Notes: generated by a model from the sequence alone, not told the origin. A stretch of DNA of 64,000 nt from Candidatus Latescibacterota bacterium (GCA_965208105.1 OZ242318.1:2272001-2336000), one strand, 5' to 3'; positions 31,364 to 41,177 are shown, counted from the first letter of the stretch. Program-made: numbers and translations.

Positions 31364-34309
31364 ATGAGCTACAAAAGCTGGGCCTGGCTCCTGCAGCTAT
31401 TGGGGGCCATGTGCGCCAGTGCCGTGGGAGGACAGGACCAGGGAGACCGCGTGCGCCTGCGCGAGGTGGAATCGTCGAGGCCCTTTCTGCGCCTCCAGCG
31501 CCCCGCTTACCGCAACTTTGCGCGAGACCCTTTTGAAAACTACGACAACCACACCTTTCCCTACTCGAGTACGCGCAGGGGTTTCTACGACTTCATGGGC
31601 GAATACCTTATCCGGGGCTACGAACTCTACAACTGGACGGAAAGGCGTTCGCCAGGGCTGCAATACGGTAGCGCCGCTGCAAAGGATCTGCTCATGTTCC
31701 GGGACGTCATCGATCACCTGGTGGTGGCCCGGGACGGATATGGTTCGTGGGGCTACAGTGCCATTGTTGGCGACGCCCTGATCGCTCGCTTCACGCCCCT
31801 GACCCTATCCATGACCACCTTCAACGGAGCGCGCTTCGATCTGTCCATGCCCCGCTACAAGCTCACCCTGCTGGGATCGCGCATTGAAAAACCCGTCGAC
31901 GCCACGAATACTTCCCTCGTTTTCATAGGCGGCGATCCTTCGATCAGCCAGGAAGACTACTGGTATACCTTCTTCGCCGATGCGTCCGTCATGCTTCTTG
32001 GCGGCCGCCTGCAGGCCGACGTCGGCAACCTCAGCCTGGGACTGAATGGGGCCAACGTGCATATCTACCAGAGTACCCGGTCCGGCGGCAGCCTCAAGGG
32101 GGTACTGCATCCCCAGCAATTTCTCATGGATTACGTGGTGGTGCGCTTTTCCGACGACTCGCCCCGGGACGGCCGCGGCGGTCCAGCGGTGCACGAGGTG
32201 CAGATCGCGGTAAACGGTCAGCTGCGTCCCGAGATCAGGCCGCGAGTGATCCGCCATCGCAGGGGCGTCGACACGCAGGTGGGAAGCTTCTCGCGAGTGG
32301 CCGGCGGGTTTCGCAAGATTCCCTACAACCTCCTCACCGCCGATCGGGGCGGAGGATATTACCGGGCTACAGCCCCTTTTTACTTCGGGCGCATAGATCG
32401 TCCGCTCTATGCGGATTTTCTCTACCGGCTGGACCACGAGGCCGGCGTGGATGTGAGTAATATCACCAATCTGGAAGGACTCCTGGACAACTTCAAGGTG
32501 GAATCACCGGCCGAGATCCTGCAGGTGGACGGAGACGGACAACTGGTCTACATCTTCGACCTATCCCGGGAGCCGCTACTCAAGACCGTGGAGATAGAGG
32601 CCCTGGTGGGCAACGACTACCATATCGAGGTAGCTACCTTGGCGGAGGTCAATCCACGGGCGGTCAACCGAACGACGCAGCTGATGAGCACCTTCTACCG
32701 AACGGTGCTCAGGGCGCCGGACAATGTGCAGGATCTGTCCAACCTCCGGCGCGTCCGTTTCCACGTTGGCGAACAGACCGGCCTTTTCACCTACAGCGCC
32801 GATGTGCAACTGACCATGGCGGGGATTGAGATTCAGGGCGAATATGCGCGCTCGGCCCTCTACTCGCGTTTCCCGGCTCGCATGGAGCGAGTGCCCATCT
32901 TCAACAAGGCGCCGAGTTTTCTGGAACAGGGATCGGCCTACTACATCAACGCCACCCGCTGGTTCGGTCGGTGGCGCCTGGGAGGAGAATACTTTGCTAT
33001 TAACCCTGACTACCAGACCACTCTGCGCGCCTTCCAACCGATCGACTTTCTGTGTTGTTATCGCGGCCGCATGGGCGGCGTAGTCAACGAAACCATGTAC
33101 TGGGATCTGGTGCAGGACAACGAGGACGCCGATCCCTTTCCCGACCGCTCCACCGGCGATACCCTGGGTTTTCCCGAGAATCGCTTTGGCATCGACAGGG
33201 ATGGAGTTTTCATCGGACAAGATGAAGACCGGGACGGAATTATGGATGCCAACCGAAACTTCAACGGCATTCCCGACTATGAAGAACCCTTCCTCATGTA
33301 CAACGTGGAATCCAACGCCTACGCCTATGGCCTGGATCGCAACAACAACGACGAGCCGGACCAGCGCGAAGACGACGTGGACTGGGATTACCCCTACGAC
33401 TTCGACCAGCGCGGCCTTCATCTCTTTGGAGAGGTGGATCTGAGTCGTTTCTGGTCCTTCGGGCTCGGATCCTACGGCGTCGAAGAAGTCGCCGGTCCGG
33501 GGCGCAACAAGGCGACCTATGCGCTGCTGACCTACCAGCGGCGAGGCGTGGAACGCCTTTGGAAGCTCTTCTTTGAAAGCCAATTCCGCCGGGTGCAGGA
33601 CGATATCGCCGACGAGTACAACGTGGTGAATGAACGCACCGTCCGCGCCGGATTCCTGGACAATGCGGAAAGAGGAGTTGATACCCGCCTGCGCCCCGAC
33701 CCCCTGTTCTACCAGGACAGTTACGTGCACGAGAGTTACCTGGAAGGATGGGTCAATCCCTGGTCCACGCTTCTTCTAGCGCAGAAGTTGCGCCTGCGGC
33801 TCAACTGGCAACAAGGGGGATCCCTGCATCCGGGCATCGGCCAGCCGCAACGCCGCCTGGACCACTGGACCCTGGTCAGCCAAGCGGACTATACCTGGTA
33901 CGTGGGCAAATTGAGCCTTACGCCGCAGTTCAAGTTCCTTCTCCTGAGGCTGCGGGACCGAGATGCTGGGAGAAATCTACTTTCCGAGTGGAGTGCGATT
34001 CCCATCGTCAAGGCCGCATATCCCCTGCTGGCCAGAACATGGCTGCAGGCCGGTATTCAGGGTCTGGGTGCGCTGCCCTACCGTTTCCGAGACCAGGGGG
34101 CCGGGCGCAACAGCTTTGAGCGCCGCACTGCCTTCGTCACCCTTGTCAACCGCACCCGTTATTTCGGCTACGATCTGTACACGATCGTGGGCATCGATAG
34201 AGACCGCAAGGATTTCGACAGTCCCTTTCAGCAAGATCTGGAATTTGATGCGTGGCGGTTTTTTGTGCGCGCGCTCGTCGGCTTTACCGAGTACGCCCAG
34301 CCCATATAG
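31364..34309 (+). CDS. Large secreted/outer-membrane hypothetical protein with acidic Ca-binding-like repeats
   Basis: Signal peptide; amphipathic aromatic beta-strands; DNEDAD, DEDRDG, DANRNFNG, DRNNND. Confidence 0.7.
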   Translation: MSYKSWAWLLQLLGAMCASAVGGQDQGDRVRLREVESSRPFLRLQRPAYRNFARDPFENYDNHTFPYSSTRRGFYDFMGEYLIRGYELYNWTERRSPGLQYGSAAAKDLLMFRDVIDHLVVARDGYGSWGYSAIVGDALIARFTPLTLSMTTFNGARFDLSMPRYKLTLLGSRIEKPVDATNTSLVFIGGDPSISQEDYWYTFFADASVMLLGGRLQADVGNLSLGLNGANVHIYQSTRSGGSLKGVLHPQQFLMDYVVVRFSDDSPRDGRGGPAVHEVQIAVNGQLRPEIRPRVIRHRRGVDTQVGSFSRVAGGFRKIPYNLLTADRGGGYYRATAPFYFGRIDRPLYADFLYRLDHEAGVDVSNITNLEGLLDNFKVESPAEILQVDGDGQLVYIFDLSREPLLKTVEIEALVGNDYHIEVATLAEVNPRAVNRTTQLMSTFYRTVLRAPDNVQDLSNLRRVRFHVGEQTGLFTYSADVQLTMAGIEIQGEYARSALYSRFPARMERVPIFNKAPSFLEQGSAYYINATRWFGRWRLGGEYFAINPDYQTTLRAFQPIDFLCCYRGRMGGVVNETMYWDLVQDNEDADPFPDRSTGDTLGFPENRFGIDRDGVFIGQDEDRDGIMDANRNFNGIPDYEEPFLMYNVESNAYAYGLDRNNNDEPDQREDDVDWDYPYDFDQRGLHLFGEVDLSRFWSFGLGSYGVEEVAGPGRNKATYALLTYQRRGVERLWKLFFESQFRRVQDDIADEYNVVNERTVRAGFLDNAERGVDTRLRPDPLFYQDSYVHESYLEGWVNPWSTLLLAQKLRLRLNWQQGGSLHPGIGQPQRRLDHWTLVSQADYTWYVGKLSLTPQFKFLLLRLRDRDAGRNLLSEWSAIPIVKAAYPLLARTWLQAGIQGLGALPYRFRDQGAGRNSFERRTAFVTLVNRTRYFGYDLYTIVGIDRDRKDFDSPFQQDLEFDAWRFFVRALVGFTEYAQPI

Positions 34310-34317
34310 GCGCGATC

Positions 34318-34470
34318 ATGTACCGGGGCTCAAATGGAGGCTTGTGGAATGCGGGGGCCGGGGCGTTTGCCGACGGCGTGTCGGGCATTTACGCCGCCAG
34401 GGACACAGGCGATGAAGTGGTATTCGATGCTGGATCAGGGTCCTATGTCTTCCAATTGACCGGTCGGTAG
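34318..34470 (+). pseudogene. GH78 C-terminal remnant
   Basis: LWNAGAGAFADGVSGI..VVFDAGSGSYVF resembles the C-terminus of the intact GH78 (IWKDGGY..VTFEVGSGSYEF). Confidence 0.6.
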
Positions 34471-34494
34471 GTGCCGTTTACAAGGAGAGCAACA

Positions 34495-35298
34495 ATGACC
34501 CAAGCGAACAGGAAACGCGCCGAACTCGATCCCATTCCCGATGGGCTGGTTGTTCTGACCTTCGACGACGGAGCCAAATCGAACGGCACCTTCGTCGGTC
34601 CCCTCCTCCTGCGCTACGGATTTGGGGCAACGTTCTTCATCACCGAGGGCCTCAATTTCCTTGAAAACAAGCAATACTATATGACCTGGGACGAAATCCG
34701 CGAGCTGCACGCCGCCGGCTTTGAGATCGGCAACCATCTGGGGCGGCACGTGGATATGCGCAAGCACTCCAGGGAGGAAATCGAGGCCGACGTTGCACAG
34801 ATCGAGCAGCGCTGCCGGGAACACGGTATCCCGGTGCCGCGCTCATTCGCCTATCCCGGGGGACACAGCAGTCCGGAGGCGGTGGAGGTGCTCGCCCAAG
34901 CAGGCTACCTCTTCGCCCGCCGCGGCTGTGAGCCACTCACCGTCAGCGTGGACTACGAATGGGGCGGGCGTGGTCCGGCTTACGAACCACACCGCGATCA
35001 TCCCCTGCTCATTCCTATCACCGGCAACGCCGGTCCACACTGGACATTCGACGATCTGGTCTGGGCCGTCGAGCAGGCCAGAGACGGCAAGATCGCCGTC
35101 CTGACGTTTCACGGCGTGCCGGATCTTGATCATTCCCATTGTACCGTCGAGCCCGAAGAATTTATCGGCTATATGGACTATTTACGAGACCGCAATTGCA
35201 CTGCCATTGCCACGCGCGACCTGGTCAGATACGTCGATCCCAACCAGCCCTTTCCAAGGGACCTGGACTTCAGCGCGGTAAACGACCCCAACTGTTAA
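34495..35298 (+). CDS. Polysaccharide deacetylase (CE4/NodB), paralog 1
   Basis: TFDDG, NHLGRH, FAYPGG, LTFHG. Confidence 0.88.
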   Translation: MTQANRKRAELDPIPDGLVVLTFDDGAKSNGTFVGPLLLRYGFGATFFITEGLNFLENKQYYMTWDEIRELHAAGFEIGNHLGRHVDMRKHSREEIEADVAQIEQRCREHGIPVPRSFAYPGGHSSPEAVEVLAQAGYLFARRGCEPLTVSVDYEWGGRGPAYEPHRDHPLLIPITGNAGPHWTFDDLVWAVEQARDGKIAVLTFHGVPDLDHSHCTVEPEEFIGYMDYLRDRNCTAIATRDLVRYVDPNQPFPRDLDFSAVNDPNC

Positions 35299-35308
35299 AG
35301 GTGTTGAC

Positions 35309-36460
35309 ATGATTCCGCCACGGAGAGACAGCAGAATAACCAGCCAGCCAGAACAGGTGACGCGAGAAGATTGGTGCAGGGGATACTTCGAGTACCCCGG
35401 CTTGACGGTGCAGGTCCTGGAGACACAGATCATCATCCCCGCAAGCTACACCGTCAATCCGGCCGCATTCCTCTTCAAGCTGGCCAACGGCGAACTGGTA
35501 GCTGGCGCCCGCTATGGTGAATACAACCAGTGGAATCGTCCCGATGCAGAGAGCGATATCAAAGATGAACCGCCTTGGATGCGGTCGACGGATGGGGGCA
35601 GGAACTGGGACGAAACACCTCCCTGGCCTTCTTATTCTTCGTGTCAAATGCCCGGCGGTGAGATCATCTCGCTGGGGCGGACGCATCTGGAAGTTGGAGA
35701 TCGGGAGGGGGAGTATACTACGTGGCTTTACAGCTCTACTGACAATGGCTACACCCACGAACAGGGGGTCGCCACTTTGGTGGGGGTGCCCAAAATGATC
35801 TTGATGCATCACGACTCGGGCCGCACACTTCCCTGGGGCTGGGTAGACCATTCAGTGACTGTTCTTCCCGACGGAAGTCTGCTGGCCGGCCTGCACGGGA
35901 GATTCGAGTCCGATGTGAAGTACCGGGTATTCGTGGTGCGCTCCACCGACCGGGGTAAGACTTGGCATTACCTGTCGACGGTCGTCTTCGATCTAGATCC
36001 CGGGAGCGACCGTCGCCAGAACGGCTTTTGCGAACCCAAACTGCTCGTGCTGCCCAGCGGCGAAATTCTGTGCTTCATACGCTCTGGAGGCACCTACAAC
36101 GCCACCTTCTCCCCCCTCTACCTGAGTAGGTCCATCGACGGAGGTAGGAGCTGGAGTCACGCCGACGAGATCGCCGACCGCGGAGTGTGGCCCCAGGCTT
36201 GCAGGATGGACAGCGGCGTTCTTGCCTTGGCCTATGGACGCACCGGCGACTGGTTGGCCTTCAGCATCGACGAGGGTTACCACTGGATCGGCCACTTCTG
36301 CTATTTCCACGGTCCCCAGTCCCTGGACGGCTGCAGCCACGGGGCGGTAGAGGAGGTAGAGCCCGGCACGCTGCTGGTCGCCTACGCCCGAACCGATTTC
36401 AATGATCCCTGTCAGAGCGAACTGCTGGGGACCGTCGTGCAGGTCTGCCGGGAACCCTAA
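35309..36460 (+). CDS. BNR/Asp-box sialidase-like propeller 1
   Basis: STDGGRNW, STDRGKTW, SIDGGRSW Asp-boxes. Confidence 0.85.
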   Translation: MIPPRRDSRITSQPEQVTREDWCRGYFEYPGLTVQVLETQIIIPASYTVNPAAFLFKLANGELVAGARYGEYNQWNRPDAESDIKDEPPWMRSTDGGRNWDETPPWPSYSSCQMPGGEIISLGRTHLEVGDREGEYTTWLYSSTDNGYTHEQGVATLVGVPKMILMHHDSGRTLPWGWVDHSVTVLPDGSLLAGLHGRFESDVKYRVFVVRSTDRGKTWHYLSTVVFDLDPGSDRRQNGFCEPKLLVLPSGEILCFIRSGGTYNATFSPLYLSRSIDGGRSWSHADEIADRGVWPQACRMDSGVLALAYGRTGDWLAFSIDEGYHWIGHFCYFHGPQSLDGCSHGAVEEVEPGTLLVAYARTDFNDPCQSELLGTVVQVCREP

Positions 36461-36562
36461 TCCGCTGTTCGTTGGCGCACTGGCGCCGATCCGTTTGCAC
36501 CCATCGTATCAATCCGGCCTGGAGCAAGACTGTAAGCTTTGTCGGAGGCCGAGGAGAATGAG

Positions 36563-37699
36563 ATGATACCACCAGCAAGAGACACCAAAGTAACCAGGCA
36601 GCCCAAATCCGTGACGCGCTTCGACTGGTGCAAGGGATATTACGAGTATCCGGGACTGATCATCGAAGTCGGCGAAACCTATGCCCTGACACCGTCCTGC
36701 GTCAACGAGTGTCCGGCCGCATTTCTGTTCGCGCTCGCCAACGGCGATGTAGTAGTTGGCTCCCGCGCTTGCATGAAGGACAACGAAGATATCGTCGGCA
36801 TGGGCGCCTGGCCTACGTGGAAGCACTCGATCAACGCGGGCAAAACCCGGTTTGCCGGAGCAAAAGGTAGCTGGGAGAATATGCCGCCGTGGCCCTCCTA
36901 TTCCGCCTGCCAACTGCCCGACGGCGAGATCGTCTCCTTGGGACGCTCGCATTTGCGGGAGACCGACCGGCCGGGGACATACACCCTCAGGGTCTACCGG
37001 TCCACCGACGACGGCCACACCCACCAGGGGGAAACAGCCACCATGGTCGACCTGCCCAAACTCCACCCTGACCGGACGTGGGTGGACCATTCCGTGGCCA
37101 TTCTCCAGGACGGCACCCTGCTGGCCGCCCTGCAAGGCTGCTTCGAAAATGACGTAAAAACACGAACCTTCGTGATGCGTTCGCGCGATCGGGGCAGGAC
37201 ATGGCAATACCTCTCGACAGTTGCCTTCGATCTGGACCCGGGGACGGACCGCCGCATGGACGGTTTCTGCGAGCCCTACTTGCTTGTCCTCTCAAGCGGT
37301 GAAATTCTTTGCTTCATGCGCTCGGGAGGGACTTACAACGCCACCTTTACGCCCCTCTACCTGAGCCGCTCCATCGACGACGGGCAGAGCTGGAGCCACG
37401 CAGACGAGATCGCCGATCGCGGGGTCTGGCCCAATGCCTGCCGCATGGCCAACGGCATCCTCGCCGTGGCCTACGGGCGTCCCGGGGATTGGCTGGCGTT
37501 TAGCATCGACGAAGGGCACCACTGGATCGGCCACTTCAACTTCTATCACGGCCCCCAGTCGCTGGATGCCGCCAACTACAACTGGGTGGAGGAAGTGGCG
37601 CCGGACATATTGCTCGTCGCCTATTCCCGCACCGACTTCGAAGATATTCGCCAGAGCGAGATCCTGGGCACTTACCTTCGCGTCCGCCGCGAAAGCTAG
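36563..37699 (+). CDS. BNR/Asp-box sialidase-like propeller 2
   Basis: SRDRGRTW, SIDDGQSW; paralog of the flanking genes. Confidence 0.85.
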   Translation: MIPPARDTKVTRQPKSVTRFDWCKGYYEYPGLIIEVGETYALTPSCVNECPAAFLFALANGDVVVGSRACMKDNEDIVGMGAWPTWKHSINAGKTRFAGAKGSWENMPPWPSYSACQLPDGEIVSLGRSHLRETDRPGTYTLRVYRSTDDGHTHQGETATMVDLPKLHPDRTWVDHSVAILQDGTLLAALQGCFENDVKTRTFVMRSRDRGRTWQYLSTVAFDLDPGTDRRMDGFCEPYLLVLSSGEILCFMRSGGTYNATFTPLYLSRSIDDGQSWSHADEIADRGVWPNACRMANGILAVAYGRPGDWLAFSIDEGHHWIGHFNFYHGPQSLDAANYNWVEEVAPDILLVAYSRTDFEDIRQSEILGTYLRVRRES

Positions 37700-37724
37700 C
37701 GCTTTGCCGGAGAAGGAAAGCGAG

Positions 37725-38849
37725 ATGATACCGCGTCAAAGGGACGGCAGAATCAACAGGCGGCCGGGCCACGTAAGGCGGGAAGATTGGTGCAAAGGAT
37801 ATTACGTGTATCCCGGCTTGACAGTGCAGGTCGGAGAAACCCAGCTCATCACCCCCATGAGCTATACCGAAAACCCAGCCACGTTCCTGTTCAGGCTGGC
37901 CAACGGCGATCTGGTGGTCGGCAACCGCGCCTGGATGGAGTACGATGAAGCTGCACGCGACACGAGCGCTTGGCCGGCGTGGAAGCGTTCCCACGACGCC
38001 GGCAAGACCTGGGAGGAAACACCGCCCTGGCCTTCGTGGGCGGTGTGCCAACTGCCCGATGGCGAGCTCATCTCGCTAGGGCGAACACATCTGAAAAAGA
38101 GCGCTCGAGAAGGGGAATATACAACCTGGATTTACCGTTCGACCGATCACGGCTACACCCACGAGCAAGGAGTCGCCACCCTGTATGGGGTGCCCAAGCT
38201 TCACTCCAGCCGGCCGGCGCCTCATACGTGGGTAGATCATTCCACCGCGGTCCTCCAGGACGACAGCCTGCTGGCTGGCCTTCATGGCTTCTTCGAGAAT
38301 GACGTAAAGGTTAGGGTCTTCGTGATCCGCTCGCACGACCGGGGCGAGACCTGGCACTACCTGTCGACGGTTGCCTTCGACCTCGACCCGGGGCCTGACC
38401 GCCGGCTGAACGGCTTTTGCGAGCCCGGGCTGCTGGTCTTGCCAAGCGGCGAGATCCTCTGTTTCATTCGATCAGGCGGCACCTGGAATTCCACCTTCAC
38501 TCCACTCTACCTGAGCCGCTCCATCGACGGGGGACGGAGCTGGAGTCACGCCGACGAGATCGCCGATCGCGGCGTTTGGCCCAATGCCTGCCGCATGGCC
38601 AGCGGCGTACTGGCGGTGGCCTATGGGCGCACCGGGAATTGGCTGGCGTTCAGCGTCGACGAGGGGCACCACTGGATCGGGCACTTCTGCTATTTCCACG
38701 GTCCCCAGTCGCTGGATGGCTGCACTCACAGTTGGGTGCAGGAAGTGGCGCCGGATACATTGCTCGTCGCCTATTCCCGCACCGACCTCCGCGACCCCTG
38801 CCAGAGCGAGATCCTCGCCACTTACCTCCATGTCAATGCGGGGCACTAA
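37725..38849 (+). CDS. BNR/Asp-box sialidase-like propeller 3
   Basis: SHDAGKTW, SHDRGETW, SIDGGRSW; AAGGA RBS. Confidence 0.85.
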   Translation: MIPRQRDGRINRRPGHVRREDWCKGYYVYPGLTVQVGETQLITPMSYTENPATFLFRLANGDLVVGNRAWMEYDEAARDTSAWPAWKRSHDAGKTWEETPPWPSWAVCQLPDGELISLGRTHLKKSAREGEYTTWIYRSTDHGYTHEQGVATLYGVPKLHSSRPAPHTWVDHSTAVLQDDSLLAGLHGFFENDVKVRVFVIRSHDRGETWHYLSTVAFDLDPGPDRRLNGFCEPGLLVLPSGEILCFIRSGGTWNSTFTPLYLSRSIDGGRSWSHADEIADRGVWPNACRMASGVLAVAYGRTGNWLAFSVDEGHHWIGHFCYFHGPQSLDGCTHSWVQEVAPDTLLVAYSRTDLRDPCQSEILATYLHVNAGH

Positions 38850-38864
38850 CTATGGGAGAGTGAA

Positions 38865-39668
38865 ATGGAGACATCAGTATCAAAACAAGGCGACTACCTC
38901 GAACCTATCCCGGATCGCCTGGTCGTCATGACCTTCGATGACGGGGTCAAGTCGCAGGCTACCTTTGCAGCTCCGTTGCTCAGGCGTCATGGTTTTGGCG
39001 GCACCTTTTTCATCACCGAGGGGCTGCGCTTTCTGACCCACAAGCAGTACTACATGACCTGGGACGAGATCCGTCAATTACACGAGGATGGTTTCGAGAT
39101 CGGCAATCATCTGGGTCGGCACGTGGATATGCGCAAGCAGACGAAAGAAGCGATCAGAGCAGGTGTGGAACACATAGAGCAACGCTGCAGAGAAAACGGT
39201 ATTCCCGTGCCGACGACCTTCTGCTACCCAGGGTCTCACACCAGTGCTGAGGCGGTAGAGGTCATTGCAGAAAAGGGCTATCTCTTCGCCCGTCGTGCAT
39301 GCGAGCCGGTTACCGCACTGCCCGACTACCAGCGCGGAGGCAATGGCCCTCCCTACGATCCGACGAAAGACCATCCCTTCCTCATACCGGCGACGGGTCA
39401 CCCGGGTTCGGACTCGACCTTTGACGAATGCGTCGATGCAATGGAGCAGGCGCGGGACGGCCAGGTCTGCGTCCTCACCTTCCACGGAGTACCGGACCTC
39501 GACCATCCCTTCTGCAGCACAGATCCCAAGCTCTATGAAGCATGCGTAAAGTACCTTGCCGACAATGACTACACCGTTATTGCCCTTCGCGATCTGGTAA
39601 AGTACGTGGACCCCCACCAGCCGTTTCCCGCCGATTTCGACTTCAGTACAATCAACTGGTGGAAGTAG
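38865..39668 (+). CDS. Polysaccharide deacetylase (CE4/NodB), paralog 2
   Basis: TFDDG, NHLGRH, FCYPG, LTFHG; collinear with paralog 1. Confidence 0.88.
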   Translation: METSVSKQGDYLEPIPDRLVVMTFDDGVKSQATFAAPLLRRHGFGGTFFITEGLRFLTHKQYYMTWDEIRQLHEDGFEIGNHLGRHVDMRKQTKEAIRAGVEHIEQRCRENGIPVPTTFCYPGSHTSAEAVEVIAEKGYLFARRACEPVTALPDYQRGGNGPPYDPTKDHPFLIPATGHPGSDSTFDECVDAMEQARDGQVCVLTFHGVPDLDHPFCSTDPKLYEACVKYLADNDYTVIALRDLVKYVDPHQPFPADFDFSTINWWK

Positions 39669-40072
39669 TAGGTATCTTTTTCCTCAATCCTCAGATAACC
39701 CTCGTTGCCCGTGGCGAAGACGACAGTGGTCACTCGAACTCCGGCGTTGACCAAGCCCTCGTAATCCTGCTTTTGATAGGCGCACCAGAACACAAGCCGC
39801 GCTGGCCGCCGTGGGGAAACCGTATTTCAGGCCCAAATCTGCTGCGAATCCGCCTTAAAGTCGATCAGAAGCCACTTGACCTACTTGCCGTCGTTGCGCA
39901 AGATGGCCGCGCACCGCTTTGGCGGGCCAAAGAGTTGTTGCCCTCGTCAGCGCCGCAAATTGTGCTGCCATCCCCCGTTCCTTGCCGGAAAGGAGATACC
40001 CCGGGCAATGGGCCAGGAACTGCGGTCGGTCCCTCCAGGCTCTTCTAGCGCAAACTTCCTTCACCCTTTGGC

Positions 40073-40873
40073 TCACACCGTCAGCGTGACCCGGTCCTTT
40101 TTGACGATTTCTTTGACGTGGGTGTGGAAGGCGGGCTCCGCGAGTTCCCGAGTTTCCGGGGAAAGTCGCTCCAGGATTGCCGGCGGGAACGATCCTTGGC
40201 CCAGGTACTGGGGCTGGTACCTGAGGATGAGAAAACGGCGGTCGCGGTCCCTGGGCCTCCAGTGCAGGATGCCGTGGGTCAGCAGCTCGGAGATGAGGAC
40301 AACGTCTCCGGCCCGGGGGATGACGTTGGCAAAGCCCGGATTGGGATCGGGATCGCTGTTCCCATCGGGATGGACAAAGAGACTTTTGGGCCGCTCCACT
40401 TCGGCTTTGTGCGAACCGGGAATTACCAGCAGGCCGCCGTCGCCGGGAAAGACGTCGGTCAAGTAGACGAAGGCCACGAACATGTCGCAGTAGATGCGGT
40501 TTTCGCGGACCTCGTAGCGCGTCGTCTGCCAGCGGTCTTCGCGGGCACAGTGCCACATACCAAAGCGAGCGTTTTGGTGTGTATTGACGGCAAGGCTGCC
40601 GTTGTAGAGCCTCGGCCTGTCCGAGGTCAGCTCCTTGACGATAGGCCAGGTTACCGGGTGCAGCGTCAGGGCTTCCAGGGCTTTGTCGAAGGCGAAGCCA
40701 TAGACGAATTTCTGACGGTCTTCGGTCTCGAAGCCGGGGGGCCGCTCCTCGTACGGGGTGCGGACGTAGCGCTCGGCGGCCTTCTGAGCGTTCTCCAACT
40801 CCTCGGCGCCGAGGACGTTTTTCAAATGTAGGTAGCCGGTTACGTCGAAGAGATAGCGCTGTTCGGGAGTCAT
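40073..40873 (-). CDS. PhyH-family Fe(II)/2OG enzyme with H-x-A motif
   Basis: MTPEQRYLFDVTGYL, WHCARE, YLTDV..IPGSHK, LTHG. Confidence 0.85.
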   Translation of the reverse strand: MTPEQRYLFDVTGYLHLKNVLGAEELENAQKAAERYVRTPYEERPPGFETEDRQKFVYGFAFDKALEALTLHPVTWPIVKELTSDRPRLYNGSLAVNTHQNARFGMWHCAREDRWQTTRYEVRENRIYCDMFVAFVYLTDVFPGDGGLLVIPGSHKAEVERPKSLFVHPDGNSDPDPNPGFANVIPRAGDVVLISELLTHGILHWRPRDRDRRFLILRYQPQYLGQGSFPPAILERLSPETRELAEPAFHTHVKEIVKKDRVTLTV

Positions 40874-41141
40874 ATCATTCCTTCCCGTTGAGCCTCCGGC
40901 AGCGGGCTGCGGAAGGGGCGGAAGGCGGTAAGGATAATCTCGGCCGCGGGGTTGCCAGTGACCCTGCGGAGAGGAGTTCGAAGGCGGGGGCGTGGACTCG
41001 GCCCTGGAGGCCATGAAGCAGGTATTCTACTTCAAGAAGCTTCGGCACCTCGCTGGCCGATTTTGACGCAGGTATCGGAGGTGGGGGCGTGCCGGACGGG
41101 TTCACCACGGGCCACGACCACTCCTGAAGCTGCAGAAACCC

Positions 41142-41177
41142 AACAGCCCGCTGAAAAAAATCCATCCGGGCTGCTAG
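41142..41177. repeat. Short IR element (collapsed MITE-like or terminator) at the coxM 3' end
   Basis: CAGCCCGCTGAAAAAAATCCATCCGGGCTGCTAG; CTAG includes the coxM stop. Confidence 0.4.

Noticed and set aside
35309-38849. Diversity-generating retroelement behind the BNR repeats
   Set aside because: No reverse transcriptase; differences are not adenine-specific; whole-gene paralogy explains them
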